Shown one piece after another: positions 1 to 10,156 of a stretch of 64,000 nt of DNA. A model generated the notes under the pieces. The model saw only the letters and a program-made list of their open reading frames with translations, had not been told where the DNA came from and made no database searches. The stretch spans positions 36,930 through 100,929 of the forward strand of contig CAZQSL010000001.1 of NCBI GenBank assembly GCA_964595945.1, read 5' to 3'. Position 1 is the first letter of the stretch. Every line of letters begins with the position of its first letter. The position numbers and the translations under genes were made by a program. The stretch is from an uncultured bacterium (GTDB lineage Bacteria; UBP15; UBA6099; JAJRTR01).

Positions 1-1
1 T

Positions 2-1066
2 GATATGAAGATTCAGCATTTCGCTGAGTCTGCCATCAAAAATGTGATGGCGACCTTTTCGCCCAGCTCCGTTACGGCGGTTGTACTCGAAGCGAAGACC
101 GGTCGTGTCCTCGCTATGGCCGATGCTCCGACGTACAACCCCAACAGTTTCCGGGAGTATGACGCGTCCAATTTTCACAACCGCGCCATCTGGAGGACTT
201 TCGAGCCGGGCTCCATTATGAAGCCGATTACAGCAGCCGCGTGCTTTGATTCGGGGACGGTCGATCCCTTTAAGGACAAGTTCTACTGCCCGGCAACCAT
301 TTTCATCGGTTCCAAAACAGTCGGCGAGCACGAAGGCGCCAAGACCAATGTCACCAATACGCCTACCGACATCATCGCCAATTCGTCAAATGTCGGTACG
401 GCTCTCATGGCCCTGAAAATGGGAGGCGACAACTGGAAGTCGTACATCAACAAATTCCACTTCGGACAGACCTACGGACTGCCGCTCAATGGCGAGTCTC
501 GCGGCCTGCTGCAGCGCGCGGAGCACTGGAGCGATCTCACGACGGCCAATGTGGGATTCGGGCAGGGCATTTCCGTCACCGCGTTTCAGATGATTATGGC
601 ATATTCGGTATTCGCCAACGATGGTATTTTGCTCAAACCTGCTGTCGTGCAGAAAATCGTGGATGCGGACGGTCAGATCACCAATCCATATCACCGGCAG
701 GAACTCCGCCGCGTCATCAAGCCGGAGACGGCGAAAGTAGTGCGCTACATGCTCCATCAGGTGGTGGAGCGCGGCACTGGCGAAGTGGCGCAGATCGATG
801 GATTCACGGTTGGCGGCAAGACCGGCACCGCTCAGATCGCAGAGGGCGGCGTCTATATTTCCGGCGCCTACAACGGATCATTTGTGGGCATGGCTCCGAT
901 TTCGGACCCGAGAATAATTGTACTCGTAACTGTCGAAAAACCCGCTGGATCAGGCTATGGCTCGGTCGTGGCGGCTCCGGCCTTCAAGGAAATCATGCAA
1001 AAGACACTGTGGTACATGGACATAAAACCTGATCACGTGAAAAAAGGCGGTGCCGCCGGACTGTGA
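2..1066 (+). CDS. ftsI: Penicillin-binding protein transpeptidase domain, C-terminal fragment (gene starts upstream of the window)
   Basis: The reading frame is open from the window start. Transpeptidase motifs SSN (ANSSNVGT) and KTG (GGKTGTAQ) are present. It sits immediately upstream of murE-murF-mraY, which is the canonical dcw position. Confidence 0.85.
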   Translation, partial: DMKIQHFAESAIKNVMATFSPSSVTAVVLEAKTGRVLAMADAPTYNPNSFREYDASNFHNRAIWRTFEPGSIMKPITAAACFDSGTVDPFKDKFYCPATIFIGSKTVGEHEGAKTNVTNTPTDIIANSSNVGTALMALKMGGDNWKSYINKFHFGQTYGLPLNGESRGLLQRAEHWSDLTTANVGFGQGISVTAFQMIMAYSVFANDGILLKPAVVQKIVDADGQITNPYHRQELRRVIKPETAKVVRYMLHQVVERGTGEVAQIDGFTVGGKTGTAQIAEGGVYISGAYNGSFVGMAPISDPRIIVLVTVEKPAGSGYGSVVAAPAFKEIMQKTLWYMDIKPDHVKKGGAAGL

Positions 1067-1101
1067 TGTCCAGATGGCACTGATTACATTTTAAGGCGGT
1101 A

Positions 1102-2604
1102 ATGAAAATGAAAAAAATCGGCGATCTTGTCAGGGGTATCGAATATGTGCTCGATGCCGGTACGCTTGATGCCGAAATCAGCGCCGTGGCATTCGACTCG
1201 CGCGAATGTTCTCCCGGCACTCTCTTTTTCTGTATCCCGGGATTCACTGTCGACGGCCACGAATTTGTCTCGGAGGCACTCGCGCGCGGCGCGTCGGCAC
1301 TCGTCGTCAGCCGTGCCGTGGAAGTGCCCGCCGGCGTCACCGTCATTGTCGTGCCGGACCCGCGATACGCCATGGGCGTGATGAGCGCGGCTTTCTTCGA
1401 CAACCCGTCCGACACACTGAAACTCATAGGCGTCACAGGCACCAACGGCAAGACAAGTGTGACGTACATGATCGACGAACTCCTCCGCCGCGCCGGCAAC
1501 ACCACCGGTCTGCTCGGCACGATCGAAAATCGCATCGCTGGCGATGTCCTTACCGTCAAACGCACCACTCCCGAATCACTCGATCTCCAGTTTCTCCTCT
1601 CTCGCATGAAAACAGCTGGCTGCTCGGACGCTATCATGGAAGTTTCCTCGCACGCGGTTGTGCTTAACCGTATCGCGGGCGCGAAATACAGAGCCGGCAT
1701 ATTCACCAACCTCACTCAGGATCATCTCGACTTCCATAAGACGATGGAGGCCTATTTCGATGCGAAAAAGAAATTTTTCGCCGATTATCTCGACACCGGC
1801 TCTATCGCGGTCATTAACTCTGACGACTCCTCCGGCCGCAGGATCGCCGACGGCATCGCCGCCCGCACCGTGTTTTACGCCATTGATGACGAAAGCGCCG
1901 ACGTCCGCGCCACAAACCTCAAATTTTCGGCGCAAGGCATGTCCTTCACAGTCGAAAGCAACATTGCCCCTGCCTTTGAAATCAAATCAGCCCTGATGGG
2001 CAAATTCAACGTATACAACTCACTCGCCATGATCGCCTATGGCCTCGCCGCCGGTTTCGCTCCGGTGCTCATCGCCGAATCACTCGCAGCCATCAAGGGC
2101 GTGCCCGGCCGCTTCGAGAGCGTCGCGGAAGGTCAGGATTTTATGGTCATCGTCGACTACGCACACACTCCCGACGGTCTCGAAAACGTACTGCGCGCAG
2201 CCCGCGAAATCTGCGAGGGACGCCTCATAGCGGTTTTCGGCGCAGGCGGCGATCGTGACAAGTCCAAACGCCCCCTCATGGGCGCCATCGCCGCACAGCT
2301 CGCCGATTTCGTCATCGTCACGTCTGACAATCCCCGCAGCGAAGAGCCTGACGAGATCATCGACCAGATCGTCCAGGGCCTGCAGGAGGCCCTGCATCGC
2401 GTCGAACCCTCGAAACGCTTCAAATACATCACCGAAACCGACCGCTTCGCCGCCATCAAAAAGGCCATCGACAACGCGCGTCCCGGCGATATTATCCTCG
2501 TCGCCGGCAAAGGCCACGAAAATTACCAGATTTTCAAAGACCGCACAATCCACTTCGACGACCGCGAAGTAGCGCGCGGCATCATCAGCGAAAGAGGCGA
2601 CTGA
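1102..2604 (+). CDS. murE: UDP-N-acetylmuramoyl-L-alanyl-D-glutamate--2,6-diaminopimelate ligase
   Basis: Mur ligase P-loop GVTGTNGKTS. The C-terminal DNPR motif (DNPRSE) is typical of meso-DAP-adding MurE. Position in the dcw cluster fits. Confidence 0.9.
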   Translation: MKMKKIGDLVRGIEYVLDAGTLDAEISAVAFDSRECSPGTLFFCIPGFTVDGHEFVSEALARGASALVVSRAVEVPAGVTVIVVPDPRYAMGVMSAAFFDNPSDTLKLIGVTGTNGKTSVTYMIDELLRRAGNTTGLLGTIENRIAGDVLTVKRTTPESLDLQFLLSRMKTAGCSDAIMEVSSHAVVLNRIAGAKYRAGIFTNLTQDHLDFHKTMEAYFDAKKKFFADYLDTGSIAVINSDDSSGRRIADGIAARTVFYAIDDESADVRATNLKFSAQGMSFTVESNIAPAFEIKSALMGKFNVYNSLAMIAYGLAAGFAPVLIAESLAAIKGVPGRFESVAEGQDFMVIVDYAHTPDGLENVLRAAREICEGRLIAVFGAGGDRDKSKRPLMGAIAAQLADFVIVTSDNPRSEEPDEIIDQIVQGLQEALHRVEPSKRFKYITETDRFAAIKKAIDNARPGDIILVAGKGHENYQIFKDRTIHFDDREVARGIISERGD

Positions 2605-2606
2605 AC

Positions 2607-4007
2607 TTGGAACCGATGAAGCTCTCACAGATCATCGAAGCAACCCGCGGCACTCTCACAAGAGGCAGCGCCGACGGCATCGTCATCTCCGGCATCCAGA
2701 CCGACAGCCGGCTCGACTGCTCCGGCTCGCTGTTTGTCCCACTTGCGGGGGAGACTTTCGATGGGCACGACTTCATCACACCCATTGCTGCCAAAGGCGC
2801 ACTGGGTTGCGTCGCATCCAGAGATTTCGACACTTCCGCGCTACCCGCAGAATTTTTCGTCATCCGCGTCGCTGATACCCTCGCGGCCCTTCAGGACATC
2901 TCTGGGGCTTACCGCCAGCAGTTCGACTCCGCTGTCATCGCCGTCACGGGCAGTTGCGGCAAAACGACTACCAAAAACATGCTTCGCACGATGTTTTCGG
3001 TCGCGGGAGACACCGTAGCGACTGCCAAAAACGAAAACAACGAAATCGGCGTACCATACACGCTGCTGCGGATCGCCTCCAGCACAAAATACACTGTCGT
3101 GGAAATGGGTATGCGCGCTCTCGGCGAAATCTCACGTCTCGCTCAAATCGCCGCTCCGACTCACGCCGTGATCACCAACGTCGAAAAAACACACATCGGC
3201 CGCCTCGGCTCAGAGGAAAACATCGCCAGGGCCAAGGGCGAACTGATCGAATCTCTCGATTCCTCCGGCACCGCGTTTCTCAATGCCGACAATATATGGA
3301 CATCCGAATTGCGCCGCCGCACCGCCGCCACTGTCATAACTTTCGGCATCGAACAAGGCGACGTGCGCTCGGAAAATGTCAAATTTTCTCTCGACGGCAT
3401 TTCGTTCGATCTGCTGCATCCCTCCGGCCGGATGAGCGTCACCCTGCCGCTGCCGGGCAAGGCGGCTGTATACAACGCGCTTTCCGCTGCCGCCGCGGGC
3501 CTTTCGCTCGGACTTTCTCCCGAAACGATCACCACCGGCCTCGCTGCTCCGATCGGCGAAAGCGGCCGCCTCGTCAAACATGTCTGTGACAACGGTACCG
3601 TCATACTCGACGATACTTACAACTCAAATCCGGCTTCGCTCAGCCTCGCGCTCGAACTCCTCGGCGGCGTAGCCTGGCATGGCCGCAAGGTCGCCGTACT
3701 CGGCGATATGCTCGAACTCGGTGACTTCAGCGAGAGCGAGCATTTCAGAGTCGGCGCTGAATTCGCTGCCGCCAACACCGATCTGCTCGTCACGATGGGC
3801 ACCGAAGCCGCCCACATAGCCGCCGGCGCACGCGGGGCGGCCCCAGCGATGCCGGTCATCTCTTTCGACACTTACGAACTGCTCGCCGATGCTGCGTCCT
3901 CGATTTTCAAATCCGGCGATCTCATTCTTGTCAAAGGTTCGCGCGGCATGAAGATGGAACGAATCGTGAATCTCATCAGCGGCAATCTTACGGGAGGGCG
4001 ATTATGA
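2607..4007 (+). CDS. murF: UDP-N-acetylmuramoyl-tripeptide--D-alanyl-D-alanine ligase
   Basis: Mur ligase P-loop GSCGKTTTK. Position between murE and mraY fits. The start is a TTG at 2607 or an ATG at 2616. Confidence 0.9.
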   Translation: MEPMKLSQIIEATRGTLTRGSADGIVISGIQTDSRLDCSGSLFVPLAGETFDGHDFITPIAAKGALGCVASRDFDTSALPAEFFVIRVADTLAALQDISGAYRQQFDSAVIAVTGSCGKTTTKNMLRTMFSVAGDTVATAKNENNEIGVPYTLLRIASSTKYTVVEMGMRALGEISRLAQIAAPTHAVITNVEKTHIGRLGSEENIARAKGELIESLDSSGTAFLNADNIWTSELRRRTAATVITFGIEQGDVRSENVKFSLDGISFDLLHPSGRMSVTLPLPGKAAVYNALSAAAAGLSLGLSPETITTGLAAPIGESGRLVKHVCDNGTVILDDTYNSNPASLSLALELLGGVAWHGRKVAVLGDMLELGDFSESEHFRVGAEFAAANTDLLVTMGTEAAHIAAGARGAAPAMPVISFDTYELLADAASSIFKSGDLILVKGSRGMKMERIVNLISGNLTGGRL

Positions 4008-4996
4008 GTCTGTTCGGCGATCCGGCGCTCGGCAAAGCCCTCTTGGCGGCAGGCATTTCATTTGCCTCCGGCATGGTGATCATGAAAGCGCTTATCGCGC
4101 TGCTCAACAAGGCCGGCATGCGGCAGATCATCCGCAAGGACGGTCCGCAGGCACATCTGAAAAAGGCGAAGACGCCGACTATGGGCGGTCTCGGTTTTTT
4201 CATCGCCTCCGTGATCGGCATCGCCGCTACCGGCGCGTTTGCGCACTCTACGACACGGCTTGTGATCATTACGGGATTTATTTGCCTGCTGATCGGTTTC
4301 GCTGATGATTTTGCCAAGTTCACGGGCAAGAGCACCGAAGGAGTCAAAGCCCGCTACAAGATTGTGATCGAACTCGCAGTAGCGATACTGCTCGCATATT
4401 TCATGGTCTGGCAAAGTACGCCAGACAAGCCTTACGACCTGATCTGGATGCCGTTCGGACTGAAGGGTATTCATCTTGGCCCGCTGTTTTACCCGTTTGT
4501 GATCGTGGTTTTCATGGGATCGCTAAACGGGGTCAATTTTACCGACGGTGTGGACGGGCTGCTGGGTGGCTGCTTCGTCGCCGTGTCGGCGGCATTCGCG
4601 GCGTTTATCGCGATGTATTCCGACCGCGCTCTGCTTGTGCCGCTAGCCGCAATATGCGGGGCTGTCGGCGCTTTTCTGTGGTACAACTCGCATCCCGCGA
4701 AGGTCTTTATGGGCGACACGGGATCGCTTTTCCTCGGCGGAGTGCTCGCGGCCATTGCAGTCGTTACGCGCACCGAGCTGTTTCTTTTTGTCGCCGGGCT
4801 TGTCTTCGTCGCCGAAGTGCTTTCGGTGATGATACAGGTGACATCGTACAAACTGACGAAAAAACGTGTTTTCCGCATGGCTCCGATACATCATCATTTC
4901 GAGCTTGGCGGCTGGAGCGAGACACAGGTATCAATACGATTTTGGATTGTCTCATGGGCCCTCGGACTCGTGGCTCTGCTGATTTTCGTAGTGTAA
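4004..4996 (+). CDS. mraY: Phospho-N-acetylmuramoyl-pentapeptide transferase
   Basis: Polytopic membrane protein whose ATGA start overlaps the murF stop. It carries the conserved MraY C-terminal motif (PIHHHFEL) and sits in the canonical dcw position. Confidence 0.92.
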   Translation: MSLFGDPALGKALLAAGISFASGMVIMKALIALLNKAGMRQIIRKDGPQAHLKKAKTPTMGGLGFFIASVIGIAATGAFAHSTTRLVIITGFICLLIGFADDFAKFTGKSTEGVKARYKIVIELAVAILLAYFMVWQSTPDKPYDLIWMPFGLKGIHLGPLFYPFVIVVFMGSLNGVNFTDGVDGLLGGCFVAVSAAFAAFIAMYSDRALLVPLAAICGAVGAFLWYNSHPAKVFMGDTGSLFLGGVLAAIAVVTRTELFLFVAGLVFVAEVLSVMIQVTSYKLTKKRVFRMAPIHHHFELGGWSETQVSIRFWIVSWALGLVALLIFVV

Positions 4997-5003
4997 AGAA
5001 CAG

Positions 5004-6410
5004 GTGGAGATGGATATTTACAGACCTCAAAATATAGAAGACGCTGTCGTGGCGGTGATCGGACTCAACGTCACGGGGCTCGCCTGCGCGTCGATTCTGC
5101 CTCATTTCGGAGCGGAAGTTGTGCTGTCGGACACACGGCCACTCGCTGAGATCAGGGATAAAGTCATGAGCCTGATCGACTCGGGTTATTCCTATCTGCC
5201 GATCAGTGAAATCGCCTCATTGTCACCAGATTTTATAATTGTCAGTCCCGGTCTCGACCCGCGATGCCGTTCGCTCGATCCGCTCAGAGATCTCGACGCC
5301 GAATGGGTTTCGGAAATCGAACTCGCGAGTCATATCAGCAGAGGCCGCATATTCGCCATAACCGGTACCAATGGTAAAACCACTGCCACTACTCTCGCCG
5401 GCCAGGTGCTCGGCAAAAAGTTTTCCGACGTCCGCGTTTGCGGCAATATCGGCCGCACTTTCATCGAGTCAGTCATCGACTCCACCGACGATACAGTCTA
5501 TGTCATCGAAGTCAGTAGCTATCAGCTCGAAGGCTGTACTTTCTTCAAGCCAGATGTGGCAGTCGAACTCAATCTCAGCGAAGACCATCTCAAACGTCAC
5601 GGCGATATGGATGGCTATGCGGGAGTCAAGGCAAAGATGGTAGCTACGCTCACCGCAGATGACTATGCGGTACTAAATGCTGATGACAGATATGTTTCTG
5701 CGATGGCGGCGGCCACAGCAGGTCGCGTGCTGGAATTCAGCACCAGTCGTGAAGTGGAACAGGGCGCGTACTACGACGGGAAAATGCTCAGGCTGAAAAT
5801 CGATGGAGTGCCCCATGATATCTGTGCCGCTGACGAACTGCTGATCGAGGGAAGTCACAATATTGCCAACGTGCTCGCCATAGCGGCCGGAGCGGCTGCA
5901 ATGGGTGTCAGCGCCCGTGAGATCGCGGAGACGGCAAAGACATTTCGCGGACTCGAACACCGCATCGAGCCGGTCGCGGAGATAAATGGAGTCAGATTCG
6001 TCAACGACTCGAAAGGCACAAATCCCGATTCGGTCTTTGTGGCTCTCGACGCGTTCCGGGACAAGCCGGTCGTGCTGATAGTTGGCGGCGATGACAAGGG
6101 GTTTGAATACACGGCTCTATATAATATCATCGCGCGGCGCGAAGTGCGTACGATCGTTTTGGGCGAAGGCCTTGTAAGGATGGCGCACGAAATGGAGCGG
6201 CGCGGCGATATTGATTTCAGACGTGTGCCGGATATGAAATCTGCTGTCTGGGCAGGATATGACATGCTCGGCGCCGGCGGCGTTGTGCTGCTTTCGCCCG
6301 GTTCGTCGAGCTTTGACTTGTATAAAAACTTCGAAGAACGCGGAAAACATTTTAAATCGGAGGTGGCGGCGCTTGAAGCAGAAGTCTCAAAAACCCGGTC
6401 AGCCTGTTGA
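5004..6410 (+). CDS. murD: UDP-N-acetylmuramoylalanine--D-glutamate ligase
   Basis: P-loop ITGTNGKTT. The N-terminal Rossmann-like domain is typical of MurD. Position after mraY fits. Confidence 0.9.
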   Translation: MEMDIYRPQNIEDAVVAVIGLNVTGLACASILPHFGAEVVLSDTRPLAEIRDKVMSLIDSGYSYLPISEIASLSPDFIIVSPGLDPRCRSLDPLRDLDAEWVSEIELASHISRGRIFAITGTNGKTTATTLAGQVLGKKFSDVRVCGNIGRTFIESVIDSTDDTVYVIEVSSYQLEGCTFFKPDVAVELNLSEDHLKRHGDMDGYAGVKAKMVATLTADDYAVLNADDRYVSAMAAATAGRVLEFSTSREVEQGAYYDGKMLRLKIDGVPHDICAADELLIEGSHNIANVLAIAAGAAAMGVSAREIAETAKTFRGLEHRIEPVAEINGVRFVNDSKGTNPDSVFVALDAFRDKPVVLIVGGDDKGFEYTALYNIIARREVRTIVLGEGLVRMAHEMERRGDIDFRRVPDMKSAVWAGYDMLGAGGVVLLSPGSSSFDLYKNFEERGKHFKSEVAALEAEVSKTRSAC

Positions 6411-7659
6411 CAGACGCTCCGGCCAGCAACCGCCATCGCCGCCGGCGAAGCAGAGTGCTGCTTTCGCCAATTTCGGCACGCCCGATTATACGTTTCTGAT
6501 GATCGTGATACTCCTGACCTGCGTGGGTCTTGTCATGGTCTTCAGTTCGAGTGGCGTCTTTTCGCTCAATACCCAGTCGGACGCACTGTATTATCTCAAG
6601 CAGGAAGCCAAGTGGGTAGCGATGAGCCTTTTTGCGATGGGCTTTATGATGGTGTTCAGCTACAAGCGTTTCAGGAAGCTGGCCCTGTGGGGGCTTGGCC
6701 TTGCGGTGGCGATGCTGGCGGCAGTGCTTGTGCTGCCGGAGAGTCTCGCGCCCACCGTCAACGGCTCCAACCGCTGGCTGCAGATACCTGGGCTGAGGAT
6801 ACATGTCGGCGAATTCGCCAAGTTGACGATGATTGTGTTTTTCGCCGTTTTTCTTTCAAGCAAACAAAGGGATATCAGGCAGTTGCCCAATCTGTTGACG
6901 ATAGTGGGCATCTATGGCGGCATCGGGGTTTTGCTGCTGATGGAGCCTGATTTCGGGATGACGTTTGTGATCGGTCTCATCCTGGTGGCGATGCTGTGCA
7001 TTGCCGGAGTCAACAGCGGTCTGCTACTTGGCGGCATCGCTGCCGGCGTTGTAGGCGGATGGTTTATCGCCATAGCCGAGCCTTACAGATATAAAAGGCT
7101 CATGGCCTTCCGCGATCCGTTCGCCGATGCGGATGGAGTGGGCTATCAGGTCGCCCAGTCGCTGATCGCGATTGGCAACGGAGGATGGTTCGGCCGCGGA
7201 CTGGGGAAAAGTCTCCAGAAGCTGATGTTTCTGCCTGAGCAACATACGGATTTCATATTCTCGATCATAGCCGAAGAACTCGGCATCCTCGGGGTCATGC
7301 TTGTCGTCGGGCTGTTCATAGCCCTTACGGTACAGGGGTTCAAGATCGCGATGAAATGCGAAGACCCGCTGGGTAAATACCTTGTGTTCGGGATTACGTT
7401 CATGATCTCGGCACAGGCGCTTTTCAACATGGGAGTAGCCACGGCTATGCTGCCGGTCAAGGGGCTGACACTGCCGTTCGTCAGCTTCGGCGGTGCGTCG
7501 CTTCTTCTGACTTACGCGGCTGTCGGCATAGTGCTCAATGTGTCGGCCAACTCAAACAGGGAACGGATGAAAAAGAATGAAATGTCTCCTTCTGGCGGTG
7601 GGGGGAACGGGCGGTCACATATTCCCGGCAATAGCCCTCGGCCGTCACGTAATGGATAA
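6373..7659 (+). CDS. ftsW: SEDS family peptidoglycan glycosyltransferase FtsW
   Basis: Ten-TM SEDS protein between murD and murG. The track ORF begins at 6259, inside murD. I prefer the in-frame TTG at 6373, which gives a basic cytoplasmic N-terminus before TM1. An ATG at 6499 is an alternative. The 3' end overlaps murG by 83 nt. Confidence 0.83.
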   Translation: MKQKSQKPGQPVDRRSGQQPPSPPAKQSAAFANFGTPDYTFLMIVILLTCVGLVMVFSSSGVFSLNTQSDALYYLKQEAKWVAMSLFAMGFMMVFSYKRFRKLALWGLGLAVAMLAAVLVLPESLAPTVNGSNRWLQIPGLRIHVGEFAKLTMIVFFAVFLSSKQRDIRQLPNLLTIVGIYGGIGVLLLMEPDFGMTFVIGLILVAMLCIAGVNSGLLLGGIAAGVVGGWFIAIAEPYRYKRLMAFRDPFADADGVGYQVAQSLIAIGNGGWFGRGLGKSLQKLMFLPEQHTDFIFSIIAEELGILGVMLVVGLFIALTVQGFKIAMKCEDPLGKYLVFGITFMISAQALFNMGVATAMLPVKGLTLPFVSFGGASLLLTYAAVGIVLNVSANSNRERMKKNEMSPSGGGGNGRSHIPGNSPRPSRNG

Positions 7660-8683
7660 AATGCCCGATGTGCGTGTGTGCATCGCCGGCAAACGCGGAG
7701 GACAGGAAGAGCGCGCCGCCGCTCTGTACGGGATCGAGTTTCACCCCGTGAAAGTGGCGAAGGCTCCTGCCCGAAAGCTTTCCGCAGGCACCTTGAAATT
7801 TCCAGCCGAAATTGGGTCTGCCGCAGCGACCGGAGTATCGACGATCAAAAAACTGTCCCCCGGTGTTGTCGTGGGATTCGGCGGCTACGTTTCTTTTCCA
7901 GCCACTGTCGGCGCTGCGCTATGTAAGGTGCCGGTCTATATCCACGAGCAAAACGCATTCGCGGGCAAAGCCAACCGGGTGCTCGCACGATTCGCCCGTG
8001 GTGTATTTATCAGCTACGAGGAGACCAGCGGTGTATTCGGGCAAAAGTCGATACTGACAGGCAATCCGTCGCGTTTCGAAAACGTGCCACTCCCCTCGAA
8101 GGAAGAAGCGCGTGTCAAGCTCGGCCTCGACCCGGTAAAGCGCACTGTGTTCGTTTTCGGCGGCAGCCAGGGCGCCCGCAGCATCAATACGGCAGCAGCC
8201 TCATTTGCCGCTTCGCTCGGTGAGCGGGCTGACATACAGATGCTCCACCTTTCGGGCAAGGCCAATTACGAAGCCGTACACGACGCCTATGCCGGGATCA
8301 CTTCACAGGATGGCATCAGAGTCTCCATCCTCGACTACCTCGATGACATGCTCTCGGCCTACTGCGCCGCCGATGTCATCGTGTGCCGCGCCGGAGCTTC
8401 GACGATCGCCGAAACGTGCTCGATCGGCATACCGTCGATCCTCGTACCGTTTCCCTTCGCTGCCGACGATCACCAGCGTTTCAATGCTCGGGCAGTCGCG
8501 CGCAAGGGCGCTGCGATCATGGTGGACGACACGGAATTCACCGGCGAAAGAATGGCCGCCGAAGTACTCGCTCTGATCGACGACCCGGCAGCCTGCGAAA
8601 GAATGACAAAAGCATCCAGAGACTCCTACACGGCCGGCGCGGCCGCGAAGATGCTGAAAACGATCGAAAGCCTGCTCTTGTGA
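7577..8683 (+). CDS. murG: UDP-GlcNAc:undecaprenyl-PP-MurNAc-pentapeptide GlcNAc transferase
   Basis: N-terminal GGTGGH motif (LLAVGGTGGHIFPA) and a GT28 fold. Follows ftsW. Confidence 0.9.
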   Translation: MKCLLLAVGGTGGHIFPAIALGRHVMDKMPDVRVCIAGKRGGQEERAAALYGIEFHPVKVAKAPARKLSAGTLKFPAEIGSAAATGVSTIKKLSPGVVVGFGGYVSFPATVGAALCKVPVYIHEQNAFAGKANRVLARFARGVFISYEETSGVFGQKSILTGNPSRFENVPLPSKEEARVKLGLDPVKRTVFVFGGSQGARSINTAAASFAASLGERADIQMLHLSGKANYEAVHDAYAGITSQDGIRVSILDYLDDMLSAYCAADVIVCRAGASTIAETCSIGIPSILVPFPFAADDHQRFNARAVARKGAAIMVDDTEFTGERMAAEVLALIDDPAACERMTKASRDSYTAGAAAKMLKTIESLLL

Positions 8684-8702
8684 AATTGATTGCCAAACGG
8701 CA

Positions 8703-9569
8703 ATGGAAATATTGATGATGATGAGTGAAGAAAAAAATGACAACATGCCAATAATTGGCGCATCCCCCGCGCCGGACGCCTCTCCGCGTCCAAAGCAGTC
8801 CGTGGGCACGCCGATGGAGACGACTATGCGCCGCATGAAAAAGCGAAAAGTCCGCGTCTGGCGTGTTGTGCTGCTCGCTTTTCTCGTCATGTGCGGCACT
8901 GTATTCGCTATCATCAACACCGATCCATTCAAAATCCGCACTGTAGAGGTCAGCGGCATCAGACGTGTCAGCGCCGAACAGATATACCGCGACTCTAATA
9001 TCGAAATCGGCGGCAACCTCGTGTGGCTGCGCACCTCGAAAATCAAACGCCGCATCGAACAGCGTCCTCTCGTCACCAGGGCTGTCATCCACAGGATACT
9101 CCCCTCGACTGTCAGCATCATCATCTTCGAGCGCAAGCCCTATGCCTATGTCACTAACGGCAAGGACTATTATCTGATCGACCGCGAGGGCTACGTGCTC
9201 GACCGCGTCGCGGGCATCGGCAACAAACAATTGTTCCGCGTCTACAGCAACAGTGTAAAACCCGCCCAAAGGGGCGAAAAACTCGTGTTTCCCCACTCGC
9301 CGGTATTCGACGATTTCGTGATCATACTCGACAAATACATGGCCGGCCGCTACCAGACCGTACGCTTTGACCGCCACGGCATCAAGCTCACGCTCCGCGA
9401 TGGCACCTACGTACTGCTCGGCAAGGGCAGCGACCTCGAAAAGAAAATTATGCTCGTACCGGTGATCACAGAAAAACTCAATGCCGCGCATGAGGAGTAC
9501 GAAGGCCTGAACCTTGAATACCTGTCAGTGCCGTCATTCATCGAAAAGGAGAAAACGGGCGCACAATGA
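8703..9569 (+). CDS. ftsQ: Cell division protein FtsQ/DivIB (POTRA domain)
   Basis: Single N-terminal TM segment (RVVLLAFLVMCGTVFAI) followed by a POTRA-like beta domain. Lies directly upstream of ftsA in the dcw cluster. Start codon choice is uncertain (8703 or 8715). Confidence 0.7.
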   Translation: MEILMMMSEEKNDNMPIIGASPAPDASPRPKQSVGTPMETTMRRMKKRKVRVWRVVLLAFLVMCGTVFAIINTDPFKIRTVEVSGIRRVSAEQIYRDSNIEIGGNLVWLRTSKIKRRIEQRPLVTRAVIHRILPSTVSIIIFERKPYAYVTNGKDYYLIDREGYVLDRVAGIGNKQLFRVYSNSVKPAQRGEKLVFPHSPVFDDFVIILDKYMAGRYQTVRFDRHGIKLTLRDGTYVLLGKGSDLEKKIMLVPVITEKLNAAHEEYEGLNLEYLSVPSFIEKEKTGAQ

Positions 9570-10156
9570 AACGCTTGGCCGCACTGATAATCTTTTCGAT
9601 CGTGATGGGTATCTGCATAAACCACATCGCGCGCGGCAACCTGCCCGTAGCAAGGCTGTCGGACTCACGCTACTTCTACGATGCACGTACCGAAAACGGT
9701 GAATCCTCCGCACGCATCGCGCGACTCGCGGGCATGACTCCCGTACACGGACAGGGCATCCGGCTCATCGTCGACGACGCCACACGCGACGGCTCCAATT
9801 CAAATGTGCCGGTGGAAAGACTCATCGTACACGAACGCGATCTGATGCTGATACGCAACGAACTTTTCGCCGCTGGCGCGACCGCCATGTCAATCAACGG
9901 CGAACGCATGGTCGCCACCACAGAAATCAGGTGCGTCGGTCCCGCCATAAGGATCAATACCCGCAACACCGCCCCCCCATATTATGTAGACGCGGTGGGC
10001 GACCCGAAAGTGCTCAAGAAAGCCGTCCTCGTCATGGGCGGCCTGTTCGACATCCTGACGATGGAGCGGATTTCCGTGAAAATCGAAGAGAAAGACAATC
10101 TCGTGATCCCGTCACTCATCTCAAGCGTGACGGTGCGCCCGGAGGCTCAGCAATGA
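9566..10156 (+). CDS. DUF881 family protein (YlxW/YlxX-like division-cluster protein)
   Basis: N-terminal TM segment followed by a roughly 170-aa domain. ATGA-coupled to ftsQ. In Bacillus-type clusters this position between divIB and ftsA is occupied by DUF881 proteins. The family assignment is from memory of that architecture, not a search. Confidence 0.55.
   Translation: MKRLAALIIFSIVMGICINHIARGNLPVARLSDSRYFYDARTENGESSARIARLAGMTPVHGQGIRLIVDDATRDGSNSNVPVERLIVHERDLMLIRNELFAAGATAMSINGERMVATTEIRCVGPAIRINTRNTAPPYYVDAVGDPKVLKKAVLVMGGLFDILTMERISVKIEEKDNLVIPSLISSVTVRPEAQQ

Noticed and set aside
6259-6372. Track start of ftsW at 6259, deep inside murD.
   Set aside because: It would require a 150-nt overlap. 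The first 38 codons are not FtsW-like. An in-frame TTG at 6373 gives a plausible N-terminus.
8538-9491. 317-aa minus-strand ORF antisense to ftsQ. Similar long antisense ORFs occur at 14187-14936, 21202-22131, 31511-32272, 50222-50824 and 61278-62555.
   Set aside because: They lie opposite well-supported conserved genes. They are Arg/Ala/Pro/Gly-rich as expected for GC-rich off-frame translation. They have no RBS and no recognisable motifs. I judge them to be artefacts of 60% GC.
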